Part shown: positions 1 through 9,544 of the stretch, piece after piece
How the letters are laid out: every line of letters begins with the position of its first letter
How positions within the stretch are numbered: the first letter of the stretch is position 1
Assembly (NCBI GenBank): GCA_038231275.1
Contig: JBBRLQ010000001.1
Span: 448,001 to 512,000 of the forward strand
DNA: 64,000 nucleotides
Direction of reading: 5' to 3'
Source of the DNA: Polyangiales bacterium
Lineage (GTDB): Bacteria; Myxococcota_A; Polyangia; Polyangiales; Polyangiaceae
Translations under genes and position numbers: made by a program
The notes under the pieces: generated by a model
What the model was told of the DNA's origin: nothing
The model's database searches: none
Seen by the model: only the letters and a program-made list of their open reading frames with translations

Positions 1-839
1 CGGTGCTGCCCTTGCGAGGCGACGCCGCGGACCGGGTGATCATCGATCGCGAGGGTGAGGTCGTCGCGATGAGGCCCGGTGCCCGCTCCGCCGCGGCGCT
101 GATCCCGAGCGCGCTGCGACGCGAGCTCTTCGCGAAAGCGCGCGTCGTCCTCGGGCGCGCCGGGCGCGTACGCTGCGGTGAGGACGAGGCCGCTCGCGGC
201 GATGCGCTTGAACGCGCGCTCGGCCTCGCGCGAGAGCTCCGTCGCCGCGCGCCTGCGGGTCCGCATCACGCGCAAACCGTGACGCACGATCAGCTCCTCC
301 CACTGATCGAGATCGGACGCGCTCGGACCGCGCACGTCGAGCGCGCGCTGCCGTTCGCGGAGTGCGCGCGTGTAGCTCTCGAGCTCGCCCATCGACGCGG
401 GCTCGAGGTACAGCCCGACGCGATCGAGCAGGCGACGACGCTCGCTTCCGCCGGCCATCGAGAGCGCGATCTCTCCCGGATGAAAGATCACGATCGGCGT
501 CGCCACCGCGTAGGCCGCGAGGCTCGGAGGCCTTTTGCCGTCGATGCGGACCATGCGCGCGCCAGTCTTCACGCCGACGCTCTGCTCGCGTCCGAGGTCT
601 CCTTCGCGCACCGTGCCGCGCACGCTCGCGAGCTCGCCGCCGTGCTCCACGAGCTCACCAGGGCGGCTCGCGCGGAAGCTCTTGCTCGTCGCCAGGAGGT
701 ACAGCGCTTCGAGCAGGTTCGTCTTGCCCTGCCCGTTGTCGCCGGCGACGACGTTGAACCGCGGACCGAAGGCGACGTCGACCTCGGCGAGGTTCCGCAT
801 TCGCCGCACCGAGACGTGCTCGATGACGAGGGGCCTCAT
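1..839 (-). CDS. recF: DNA replication/repair protein RecF (3' end runs off window)
   Basis: Not in the ORF track. Manual minus-strand translation from ATG at 839 gives MRPLVIEHVSVRRMRNLAEVDVAFGPRFNVVAGDNGQGKTNLLEALYLLATSKSFR, the RecF N-terminus with Walker A. Directly downstream of dnaN. Confidence 0.93.
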   Translation of the reverse strand, partial: MRPLVIEHVSVRRMRNLAEVDVAFGPRFNVVAGDNGQGKTNLLEALYLLATSKSFRASRPGELVEHGGELASVRGTVREGDLGREQSVGVKTGARMVRIDGKRPPSLAAYAVATPIVIFHPGEIALSMAGGSERRRLLDRVGLYLEPASMGELESYTRALRERQRALDVRGPSASDLDQWEELIVRHGLRVMRTRRRAATELSREAERAFKRIAASGLVLTAAYAPGAPEDDARFREELASQRARDQRRGGAGTGPHRDDLTLAIDDHPVRGVASQGQH

Positions 840-855
840 GCCGGGCTCGCCTCGC

Positions 856-2013
856 TCAGATGCGCATCGGCATCACGACGGCGAGGAACTGCGTGTCCGG
901 CGCCGCGTTGGCCGGCCGCAGGACCGCCGGATCGAGCTCACCCGAGAGGCCGAGGATGACCTCCTCGTCGGTGAGTGAGCCGAGCACGTCGAGGAAGTAC
1001 TTCGCGTTGAAGCCGATCGTGATCGGCGCGCCGGTGTACTCGACGGGCACCTCATCGAAGCCGTCGCCGCTGTCGGGCGACTCGCTCGTGATGCGCATCG
1101 TGCCGGGCTGGATTCCGATCTTCACGCCGCCGGTGCGCTCGCTCGCCGCGATTGCGACGGCGCGGAGTGCATCGGCGAAGGCCGCGCGCGGTGCGTGGAC
1201 CTGCTTGTCGCTCTGCTTCGGGATGACCTGCGCGTACGGAGGGAACTGCGCGTCGACGAGCTTCACGCTGAACGTCATGCCGCCGCCCTGGAAGAACGCC
1301 GACGAGCCGCTCTGCGTGATCTGGAGCGTCTGCTTCGCGTCCTTGCCTTCGGGGTTGGGCGTCGGGTTGGCGAGCATCTCGTCGCACAGCCGACGGAGCT
1401 CCTGGATGGCCTTCAGCGGGATGAGCATCGTCGCCGACGCCTGACGGCCCGCGACCTTGACCTCCATCTTCGAGAGCCGGTGCCCGTCCGTCGTCACCAT
1501 GCGCACGGTGTCGCCGTCCCACTCGAAGAGCGCGCTGTTCAGGTGCGCGCGCGTCTCGTCGGTCGAGATCGAGAAATGCGTCTTGTCGATGAGCTGCTTC
1601 AGCACGTCGACCTCGAGCGCGAGCGTCGGCGAGCCTTCCGCCGGCGTCGGCAACGGCGGGAAGTCTTCTCCCAGCATTCCGCGCAGCGTGTACCGGCGCG
1701 CGCTGCCCGTGGCCTTCAGCGTCGTCGTCGCGTTGTCTTGCGTCGCGATGTGGATGGGCCCGTCGGGCATCATCTTCACGCGCTCGAACAAATCTTTCGC
1801 CGGCACCGCGACGCTTCCGCCCTTGTGAACCTCACCGGCGATCTTCCCGAAGAGCGCGAGGTACAGATCCGTCGCCGCCACGCGCAGCGCGTTCGGGCCT
1901 TCCACCGCGAGCAGCACGTTCGAGAGCACAGGCATCGTGCTCTTGCGCTCCGCGACGCCCTGCATGCGGGTCACGAGCCTGAGCAGATCCTTCTTTGCTA
2001 CGGTGAGTTCCAT
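856..2013 (-). CDS. dnaN: DNA polymerase III beta sliding clamp
   Basis: 385 aa with ATDL, TDGHRL, FPPY, IGFNAKY and C-terminal VVMPMRI motifs. Confidence 0.98.
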   Translation of the reverse strand: MELTVAKKDLLRLVTRMQGVAERKSTMPVLSNVLLAVEGPNALRVAATDLYLALFGKIAGEVHKGGSVAVPAKDLFERVKMMPDGPIHIATQDNATTTLKATGSARRYTLRGMLGEDFPPLPTPAEGSPTLALEVDVLKQLIDKTHFSISTDETRAHLNSALFEWDGDTVRMVTTDGHRLSKMEVKVAGRQASATMLIPLKAIQELRRLCDEMLANPTPNPEGKDAKQTLQITQSGSSAFFQGGGMTFSVKLVDAQFPPYAQVIPKQSDKQVHAPRAAFADALRAVAIAASERTGGVKIGIQPGTMRITSESPDSGDGFDEVPVEYTGAPITIGFNAKYFLDVLGSLTDEEVILGLSGELDPAVLRPANAAPDTQFLAVVMPMRI

Positions 2014-2084
2014 GCCGGTCTCTCGGTCTCTTGCGGGCCGTCTTTGGGCGAACGGGTTTTGCGCGACACGACGCCGGATGGCCC

Positions 2085-2330
2085 GTGCCTCTCTTCTCTC
2101 ATCTCATTAGATTAGAAATATAGTGGTGTCGATAGGCCCTGTGGGTTGTGGGGACAAGACGAAAAGATTTGTCTGTAACGGCACTTAGGGTGCGATCGGG
2201 GTGTGGACCATGATCGGGGGAACCATGGTAGGGATCAGGGGACAACTCACCTACACGGTTGTCCGCAGGGGCTGCCCCATGCTTGTGCGCAGCCTTGTAG
2301 GCACCTTTCCCACAGCCCAGGCGTGGGGTT
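2085..2330. other. Probable chromosomal replication origin (oriC)
   Basis: AT-richer intergenic region upstream of dnaN with DnaA-box-like 9-mers at 2140-2157 (tandem), 2202-2210, 2237-2245, 2259-2267, 2283-2291 and 2306-2314. Minus strand reads TTGTCCCCACAACCCACA-GGGCC-TATCGACACCACTATATTTCTAATCTAAT (boxes, GC spacer, trio-like/AT-rich tract). Confidence 0.8.
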
Positions 2331-2353
2331 CCTGAGCGCCTCTCCGGGCGACG

Positions 2354-3688
2354 TCAGCGCGCTTCTTTGGAGAGCGTACGTGCGAGCAGATCGATGAGCT
2401 CACGGCGCGCGCGCTCGTAGGTCTTCGGGCCGATCTCGCCGGTCTTGTGCATGTCCTCGAGCTCTTCGAGCTCTTCGAGGAGCTGCGAGCGTTCGAGCTT
2501 GTCGAGCTCGCGCTTGCCCTTCCAGGGGCGCCGTTGGCCGAACGCGAGCGCCAGGCCCGCCAGGACGCCCACGGCGGTCAGGCCGGCCGCGACCTTTGGG
2601 CCCTGGCCCTTGGTCGGCAGGTTGCCGATCACGACCTTCATGCGGCGCATGGGCGCCTCCTCACGCTTCATCTGGTGCTCGGTGACGAGGAGGCGCTGCC
2701 CCTCGCCGTCGAAGCGCTGCTCGGCCGCTGGGAAGCCGGAGACCTCCAGCGTCATCCCGAGCGACGCCTGCGTCATCACGCGACCGACCGCGACGTGCGG
2801 GGGCAGACCGACCTCGAAAGAGACGTCCTTTTCGCCGGTGTACGGGAGCTGCCAGCGGAACTCGATGTCGGCGCGGCCTGGCGCGAAGGTGCCGTGGAGG
2901 CGGGCGCCCTTCTTCTCGACGTTTTCGACGCTCTTGTCGCTCATCTCCTCGTTGGCGCGGAATGCCGTGAAGCCTTCGGGGAGATCGACGTAGACCTCGC
3001 TCGGGACCCACGCCGTGCGGCCGAAATTGAAAATTTGCAGCGCCGACTGGAGCTGCACGCGATCGTCCTTCATCTCCGCGAAGAGGACCGACTGCATGAC
3101 GACGAGCGCCTCGTCGAGGCTGCGCGTGACGGGGTAGACGTGGAGGCGCGCCTTGATGCCGCGTGCCGGCGGGAGGTTGAACGGGCTCACGGCGAACGTC
3201 GCGCCGTCGCTGCTCACCGAGACGCGGTAGGAGACGTGCGAGCCGATCTCCTGCGCGTCGAACCGGATCATGCCAGCGTCATCGGCCTCGCGCACGACGC
3301 GCGTGCGGGCCTCGCCCTTCGCGACCGAGTTGTGGATGACGCCGACGGTGACCGACGTGTGCGGCAGCGGGCGATCGTCGGGATCGAGGATGGTCGCGGT
3401 GAACGAGCCTGCCGGGAGGGTCGGATCGTCCTCCACCGTGTCGGGCGGCGGGTTGAACATTCCCGGCACGGAGCCTGCGGCCGCGCCCGCGCCTGCGTGG
3501 CCCCCGCCGGCGTGCGGATCGGCATGCGGATCGGCATCTGATGCGGGATGCGCGTTGGCAGCCTGCGCGTCACCGGCGGCGCGCGCGTCTGCAGTGCGCG
3601 GGGCCTGCGCGTCCGACTGTGCCAGCGCCGGCGCGGCGGCGAGCAGCGCGCCCGCGAAGGCGAGAAGGGCGGAGGCGAGCCTACGCAT
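2354..3688 (-). CDS. Exported protein with signal peptide, beta-rich periplasmic domain, C-terminal TM and CcmI-like cytoplasmic tail
   Basis: Signal peptide MRRLASALL..ALA, His-containing linker, TM near C-terminus, tail LEELEELEDMHKTGEIGPKTYERARREL; overlaps the upstream gene of the ccmF operon. Confidence 0.65.
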   Translation of the reverse strand: MRRLASALLAFAGALLAAAPALAQSDAQAPRTADARAAGDAQAANAHPASDADPHADPHAGGGHAGAGAAAGSVPGMFNPPPDTVEDDPTLPAGSFTATILDPDDRPLPHTSVTVGVIHNSVAKGEARTRVVREADDAGMIRFDAQEIGSHVSYRVSVSSDGATFAVSPFNLPPARGIKARLHVYPVTRSLDEALVVMQSVLFAEMKDDRVQLQSALQIFNFGRTAWVPSEVYVDLPEGFTAFRANEEMSDKSVENVEKKGARLHGTFAPGRADIEFRWQLPYTGEKDVSFEVGLPPHVAVGRVMTQASLGMTLEVSGFPAAEQRFDGEGQRLLVTEHQMKREEAPMRRMKVVIGNLPTKGQGPKVAAGLTAVGVLAGLALAFGQRRPWKGKRELDKLERSQLLEELEELEDMHKTGEIGPKTYERARRELIDLLARTLSKEAR

Positions 3689-4505
3689 GCGACTCCTCCG
3701 CGGTGAGCGCCGTTCCGCACTTCTTGCAGAACGCGGCGTCGGGCTCGTTCGAGACGTCGCACTTGGGGCACGCGACGCGCTTCGGCGACGAGCCGGCGGC
3801 GCTCGCAGCGCTTGCGGTCGGCTCCTTCGGCGTGGAAGCGCGCTTCGTCTTGCCGGGCTTGCCGGGCTTGCCGGGCTTCGCGGGCGGCACGATCGCCACC
3901 GGAGCCTCCTCGTCGTCGTCGACCGGCGAGTCCTTCGCGGCCATCACGGGCGCGCTGTCGTCGTCGCTCTCGCCGAGGCCGCGCTTCTCCAGGTGCCTCT
4001 TCGCGAGACGCTCGGCCTCGTCGCGGAACGGATCGATCTGCCCGTCCATTTCGCGCATCAGCGCCTTGGCGTCCTGGCGGAAGCGATCGCCGAGGGACGC
4101 GTAGTCCTTGTCGTCGATCTTGCCGACGGAGTGCTCGAGCTCGAGATCCTTCAGGGCGCGGAGGACGCGGCGCTTCTGCTCGCCGAGGTTGTCGACCTTG
4201 CGTGAGCGCACCGCGATCGCTTCGAGATCCGTCGGCAGGGGCGCGTCGCCGCTGAGCGTGCGGAGGCTCGCCCACAGGAGTGCGATCACGCCGAGCAGCG
4301 TGCCCGCCGCGAGGACGAGGATCGCTGGACCGAGGCCGACGATGAACCCGGTCACGATCGCTCCGCCCACCGTCGCGAGCGGGATGCCCATCGCCGCGTA
4401 CCGGGCGAGGCGTCGTTCGGCGTCCGCGGTGTCATCGCCCGTCGCGCTCGTCGCGCCGGCGTCGCGCGCGATGGCCGCGGTCGCCTCGTCCTTCGTGTCA
4501 GCCAT
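3681..4505 (-). CDS. Membrane protein with CcmI-like helical motif and C-terminal zinc ribbon
   Basis: Start re-chosen at ATG 4505 (overlaps ccmF end); two TM helices, LKDLELEHSVGKIDDKDY, terminal CPKC..FCKKCG. Confidence 0.7.
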   Translation of the reverse strand: MADTKDEATAAIARDAGATSATGDDTADAERRLARYAAMGIPLATVGGAIVTGFIVGLGPAILVLAAGTLLGVIALLWASLRTLSGDAPLPTDLEAIAVRSRKVDNLGEQKRRVLRALKDLELEHSVGKIDDKDYASLGDRFRQDAKALMREMDGQIDPFRDEAERLAKRHLEKRGLGESDDDSAPVMAAKDSPVDDDEEAPVAIVPPAKPGKPGKPGKTKRASTPKEPTASAASAAGSSPKRVACPKCDVSNEPDAAFCKKCGTALTAEESHA

Positions 4506-7395
4506 CCAAGTCCTTGAGCTCCTCGTCCAGCCGCGCATCGTACTCGTCCCGCGGCGGCGCGTCGCCGTTCTTGGGTCGGTCGCCCGGTCCGCCCGCGCCG
4601 CCTCCGGCTCCTCCTGCTCCGGGAGGGCCCTTGGGCTTGCCGCGCCACTTCTTGATGAGGACGCCAAGGCCTACGCCGCCCCCCAGGATGGCGGCGAGCG
4701 GAACGGCATAAATCGCCCGCATCGCGCCGGTGTTCGGCGGGACGACGATCGCGTCAGTGCCCCACTCCTGCACGTACTCGAGCATGATCTGATCGCGCAG
4801 CTCTCCCGCCTTGAGCTTCTCGCGGACCTTCGTGCGCGCGTCGTCGGCGTCGGCGCACGCGCAGGAGGTGAGCGGGAGGCGCTCGCAGCCGCGGCACATG
4901 CACCGCAGCTTCCCGAACACGTCGCGCTCTTGCTCGTTCTCGATTCGCACCGTGCCGGCGTGCGTGCTCGATCCTTGTGCGAACGCTTGCTGCGGCAAGA
5001 GCGCGAGGAAGATGCCCAGCGTGATGCTAGCCGTCGCTCCTGCGGCGCCTCGCGCGAACTGCCAGGCGCGCGATTCCTGAGGCTGGAGCTCTGGCCACAT
5101 GCACACGATGCTGCCTGCGATCAGCACCAGCACCCCGAACCAGATCCATCCGACGAGCGCGTTCAGGTGGACCTGCAAACTGGCGGTCTTCGTCTGTGGA
5201 TTGATGGTGCCGACAACGAGGTACAGATCGTCGCGGAGCGAGTGCAGCATCGACACCTCGGTCGTCGGCGACTCCGGCATCTTCTTGTAGATGAACTTCG
5301 CGGGATTCATCGTGCCGCGCGACGTTCCGCCGGTGATCTTGCCGTCGACGACGGTGGCGTTCTCCCAGACCTTGACGTCGGCGAAGACCATGCGCTTCGA
5401 GTTGTCGACCTCCATGCGCGGGCCCACGTACTCGAGCGTGAGGCGATCGATCTGGTAGGTCTGGCCGGGGGAGAGCGTCGTCTCCTTGTCGATGTTCCAT
5501 GCGTGCCCGGTGAAGCCGAACACCATGATGCAGATGGAGAGGTGGACGATGTACCCGCCGTAGCGGCGTCGCGATGGCGGCGACAGCGTGAGGATCGTGT
5601 AAACGAAGCCGGGGACGAGACCCGCGTACCAGAGGATCTGCGGGACGCTCTTGTTCGCGCCGCTCTTTCGACGCGCGGCGAAGAGGAGCGCGTACTCCTG
5701 CGCGATGACCGCCGCGTTGAACCCGCACAGCGTGACCGCGATGACCGGCGTGTACGCGTTGAACGCGCGCAAGACGGCACCGAGCGGGCCGGGGTAAATC
5801 GAGTCGGAGTAGACGACGGCCGGGTACCCGATCTTGGCCCCCAGCGTGAAGTGCAGGACCATCATCGCGATCGCGGCGGCGATCGGAATGCGGAACGCGC
5901 GTTTGAGCGCATCGTCGCTGGTCTTCTTCCACCCGAAGAGCGTGCCGACCCCCATGAGGAAGAAGATCGTCAGCCCGATCGGCTGCACCCACGCGTTGTA
6001 GTAGGGCGGGCCGACGGTGACCTTCTCCTTCCACACCGCTTCGCTGATCATCGGGAAGGTGGTGGCGACGAGGACGAACACCATGAAGCCGAGCAGCGCC
6101 CAGTTGTTCAGGAGGAAGGTGAACTCGCGCGACCAGATCGACTCGATCTCCGGGCGCTCCGAGAAGAGGACCAGGCCCATCGTCATGCGACGGAAGACGA
6201 GCTCGATGCCGGCGTAGACCGCCGCGCCCGCGACGCTCGCGAGGAGGATCGCCTTCACGCCGGTCGACACGGTGAGCACGTTGGCCAGGAAGATGAGGCC
6301 GGGGCCGCACGCGATGAGGATGAGCCAGCCCGTCGCGAGGGCCGCCTTGCGGAGGCGCGGCGTCGGCGGCAGGTTGCGGAGCTCCGGCCAACGGTAGAGG
6401 ACGAGCGTGAACGCGAACGCCGCGAGCGCAACGAGGAACCACACGAAGTACTCGCCGATCGACGACTGCGCGAACGAGTGAACGCTGGCGATGGCGCCCG
6501 AGCGCGTGAGGAAGGTCCCGAAGATCGTGAGGAAGAACGTGAGCGCGATGAGCGACACGTTCCACACTTTGAGCAGCCCACGGCGCTCCTGGATCATGAC
6601 GGAGTGGACGTACGCGCTCGCCGTCAAAAACGGCAAAAACGCCGCGTTTTCTACCGGATCCCACGCCCAGTAGCCACCCCACCCGAGCTCCTCGTAGGCC
6701 CACAGCATGCCGAGCGCGTTGCCGATGCCGAGGAAGAGCCACGCGAAGAGGGTCCACTTTCGACTGGCGACGATCCACTCGTGATCGAGCCGCCCGGTGA
6801 CGAGCGCCGCCACCGCGAACGCGAACGGGACGGTGCACCCGACGAAGCCCGTGTAGAGGCTCGGCGGGTGGATGATCATGTAGAAATTCTGGAGGAGCGG
6901 GTTCAGCCCCTCACCGTCGGCGCGCGCGCCGCCCACGCTCGTCGAGAACGGGTTGGCCGCGAACGCCATCAGCACGCAGAAGAAGATGACGACCGCCATC
7001 AGCGTCGCGATGACGTACGGCTGGAGCTCGAGGTAGCGCTTTCCGAGCCATTTCACGCACACGCCGATGTAGATGCTGAGGAGGAACATCCACCAGAGGA
7101 GCGAGCCGTCCTGGCCTCCCCATAGCGCCGTCAGCAGGTACGCGGGCGCCATCGAGCGGTCCGAGTAGTGCGAGACGTAGCGGAGCCGGAAGTCGTGGCT
7201 CACGAACGCGTAGGCGAGGCAGAGCACCGCCGCCGCGACGAGGGCCACCGTTCCGTACGCGCCGAAGCGCGCGGCTTGGAGCGTTCGCGGTCTGCCGTTC
7301 GCGCCTGCCGCGAGCGATACGGCGAACGTGTAGCCGGCAGCGACCATGACGCAAAGGAGCACGGTGCTCCCGAACAGGGGGAAGGTTGTCCACAT
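4498..7395 (-). CDS. ccmF: Cytochrome c heme lyase CcmF fused to a C-terminal CcmH-like domain
   Basis: Start re-chosen at ATG 7395; WGGQDGSLL, GLNPLLQN..MIIHPP, WAYEELGWGGYWAWDPVEN, SVHSF; C-terminal LRCMCRGC..SCAC followed by YVQEWG..PP and a TM helix. Confidence 0.93.
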   Translation of the reverse strand: MWTTFPLFGSTVLLCVMVAAGYTFAVSLAAGANGRPRTLQAARFGAYGTVALVAAAVLCLAYAFVSHDFRLRYVSHYSDRSMAPAYLLTALWGGQDGSLLWWMFLLSIYIGVCVKWLGKRYLELQPYVIATLMAVVIFFCVLMAFAANPFSTSVGGARADGEGLNPLLQNFYMIIHPPSLYTGFVGCTVPFAFAVAALVTGRLDHEWIVASRKWTLFAWLFLGIGNALGMLWAYEELGWGGYWAWDPVENAAFLPFLTASAYVHSVMIQERRGLLKVWNVSLIALTFFLTIFGTFLTRSGAIASVHSFAQSSIGEYFVWFLVALAAFAFTLVLYRWPELRNLPPTPRLRKAALATGWLILIACGPGLIFLANVLTVSTGVKAILLASVAGAAVYAGIELVFRRMTMGLVLFSERPEIESIWSREFTFLLNNWALLGFMVFVLVATTFPMISEAVWKEKVTVGPPYYNAWVQPIGLTIFFLMGVGTLFGWKKTSDDALKRAFRIPIAAAIAMMVLHFTLGAKIGYPAVVYSDSIYPGPLGAVLRAFNAYTPVIAVTLCGFNAAVIAQEYALLFAARRKSGANKSVPQILWYAGLVPGFVYTILTLSPPSRRRYGGYIVHLSICIMVFGFTGHAWNIDKETTLSPGQTYQIDRLTLEYVGPRMEVDNSKRMVFADVKVWENATVVDGKITGGTSRGTMNPAKFIYKKMPESPTTEVSMLHSLRDDLYLVVGTINPQTKTASLQVHLNALVGWIWFGVLVLIAGSIVCMWPELQPQESRAWQFARGAAGATASITLGIFLALLPQQAFAQGSSTHAGTVRIENEQERDVFGKLRCMCRGCERLPLTSCACADADDARTKVREKLKAGELRDQIMLEYVQEWGTDAIVVPPNTGAMRAIYAVPLAAILGGGVGLGVLIKKWRGKPKGPPGAGGAGGGAGGPGDRPKNGDAPPRDEYDARLDEELKDLDG

Positions 7396-7470
7396 TGGCG
7401 GTTGCGGCAAGTCTAGCAGGGTCCCGAAAAACCGTTGCGTCGCCGAGGGGAGCGAGCGAGTGGTGGAGGT

Positions 7471-8391
7471 GTGAGCAAGTCGGATGCGGCGCGTGGGGCC
7501 TGGAAGACCCACGCCGCCTTGCTCGTCGTGCAGCTCGCGTTCGCGTCCCAGGCGGTCGAGGGAAAGATCGCGCTGATGCCGCGCGAATCCGGCGGTGAGG
7601 GGGTGCCCCCGGAGGCGCTGGCGATGGCGCGCATGCTCGGCGCAGCGCTCTTCTTTCAGCTGTTCGCGCGCGCGACGCGGAGCTTGGGGGCGGCGTCGTT
7701 GGGCGATCACGCGCGCTTGGCGGGGCTCGGCGTGCTCGGCGTCGCGCTGAACCAAGCGCTCTTCTTGACCGGGCTCAAGCACACGACGGCGATGGCCGCG
7801 TCGCTCATCGGGATATCCATCCCGGTCATCACGGCTGGGCTGGCGGTGGCGTTTCGTCAAGAACGGGCGAGCATGCGGACCGCGCTCGGGATCGTGCTGG
7901 CGGCGGGCGGCGTGCTGTTCCTGATCGGTGTGCGGAGCGTCGATCGCGGCGCGCTCATCATCGCGGCAAACTGCGTGAGCTACTCGGCGTACATCGTCCT
8001 GTCGCGCGGGACGATCCAGCGGCTCGGGGCGATGACGACGATCACATGGGTCTTCACGTGGGCCGCGGTCCTCTTTGCGCCTTTCGGGATGGCGTCGCTC
8101 GCGACAAGCGTTGGGGCCTTCTCGCCGCGCGCGTGGTGGCTCGTCACGTACATCGTCGTCGTGCCGACGATCGTGGCGTACCTCTTCAACGCGTGGGCGC
8201 TGGGGCGGTCGAGCGCGACGCTGGTGACCGTGTACATCTACACGCAGCCCGTCATCACTGCGGTGCTGGCGTGGGTGCAGCTCGGACAGTCGCTCAGCGT
8301 GAAGCTCGTCGTGTCGGCGGGCCTCATCGCGTGCGGCGTCGGCGTCGTGGCGACGCGTCGCGCGAGGCTGCCGGTTGCGTCGCGAACCTGA
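7471..8391 (+). CDS. DMT/EamA family transporter
   Basis: About 10 hydrophobic helices in two EamA-like halves; GTG 7471 preceded by GGAGGT. Confidence 0.88.
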   Translation: MSKSDAARGAWKTHAALLVVQLAFASQAVEGKIALMPRESGGEGVPPEALAMARMLGAALFFQLFARATRSLGAASLGDHARLAGLGVLGVALNQALFLTGLKHTTAMAASLIGISIPVITAGLAVAFRQERASMRTALGIVLAAGGVLFLIGVRSVDRGALIIAANCVSYSAYIVLSRGTIQRLGAMTTITWVFTWAAVLFAPFGMASLATSVGAFSPRAWWLVTYIVVVPTIVAYLFNAWALGRSSATLVTVYIYTQPVITAVLAWVQLGQSLSVKLVVSAGLIACGVGVVATRRARLPVASRT

Positions 8392-8466
8392 GTGGAGCGA
8401 AGCGCAGCGGAGCGAAACGTTCCTGCCGGAAAGGGCTGACCGGCTTTCCGGTCAGGCTCTGAGCGG
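8389..8466 (+). repeat. Dispersed intergenic repeat, copy 1 (full, with hairpin)
   Basis: TGAGTGGAGCGAAGCGCAGCGGAGCGAA followed by CTGACCGG-cttt-CCGGTCAG stem-loop; matches 20588 and 25536. Confidence 0.88.
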
Positions 8467-8467
8467 G

Positions 8468-9544
8468 TCAGGCGGGGAGGACACGCCCGAGGCGGAGGAG
8501 CGCTTCGTCGAGCTCGGCGCCGCCGAGGGAGGCCCACGAGAGGCGGAAGCCGTTGGGGACGCCGAAGAACGATCCCGCCGAGACAAGCACGCCGTGATGG
8601 CGCGCGGCGTCCTCCAGGATCGGCAAGAGGTCTCCGGCGCGCGAGCTCGTCGCGAGGCCGAACAGACCCTCGCTCGGGGCGCTCCACGTGAGGTCCGGCC
8701 GCGTCGCCATCCACGCCGCCACGCGCTCGCGGCGGCCCGCCACCGTCGCACGTGTCCGCGTCGCGAGGGCGTCGACGTTCGCGAGCGCGTGCGCCCCGAG
8801 GTTCGCGTGCGAGACCGGAAGGTTGCCGAGCGTCGCGGTCAAGACGTCCTCTGCGCGCGCGGTGACGTCGGCCGGGCCGAGGAGCCAGCCGATGCGGTGC
8901 GGCCCGAGGCCGTAGCACTTGGTGAGGCTGCCGGCGCACACGATGTTGGGCGCCAGCTTGCGCGCGCTCCCGCGGAAGACGCCCGCGTCGGTGAGCGCGT
9001 CGAACGGGGCGTACACTTCATCGACGAGCAGGTATGCGCCGCGCGATCGGCAGACGGCCGCGATCTCCGCGAGGCGCGCGTCGGACGTGCGCACACCGGT
9101 CGGGTTGTGGTGGTTGGTGATCGCGACGACGCGCGTGCGAAGCGTCATCGCGTGCGCGACACGGTCGGGATCGATCGCCCAATTTGCGTCGGCCTTCCGC
9201 TCGAAGCGGACGACGCGCGCGCCGACTCCCTCCGCGGCGCGCGTGAGGGGCTCGTAGCCGGGGTCCTCCACGAGGACGTCGTCGCCCGGCGAGACGAGCG
9301 ACGCGTAGGCGAGCCACAGCGCGTGCGCGGTGCCGAGCGCCGGCGTCACCTCCGCCCGCGGGACATCGTTGTACTTTGCAATCGACGCGGGAAGGCGCTC
9401 GATTCCTGCCGGATCGTCGAGGTCGGGCGGCGCGCCGAGCTCCTCCTTCGAGACCAGGGGCGCGCCGCTCGTCGCCAGATCGTACGCCACCTTCCCGAAG
9501 AACTGCCGCGCCCACGCGAGGTAGCGCGTCGGCGCGTAGCTCAT
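8468..9544 (-). CDS. PLP-dependent aminotransferase class I/II
   Basis: NHHNPTG, VDEVY, GSLTKCYGLGPHRIGW motifs. Confidence 0.92.
   Translation of the reverse strand: MSYAPTRYLAWARQFFGKVAYDLATSGAPLVSKEELGAPPDLDDPAGIERLPASIAKYNDVPRAEVTPALGTAHALWLAYASLVSPGDDVLVEDPGYEPLTRAAEGVGARVVRFERKADANWAIDPDRVAHAMTLRTRVVAITNHHNPTGVRTSDARLAEIAAVCRSRGAYLLVDEVYAPFDALTDAGVFRGSARKLAPNIVCAGSLTKCYGLGPHRIGWLLGPADVTARAEDVLTATLGNLPVSHANLGAHALANVDALATRTRATVAGRRERVAAWMATRPDLTWSAPSEGLFGLATSSRAGDLLPILEDAARHHGVLVSAGSFFGVPNGFRLSWASLGGAELDEALLRLGRVLPA

Noticed and set aside
4108-7125. 1005-aa plus-strand ORF and similar long antisense ORFs (e.g. 15997-19509, 13643-15976)
   Set aside because: Shadow ORFs opposite clear genes; Arg/Ala-rich, no motifs; expected at this GC content
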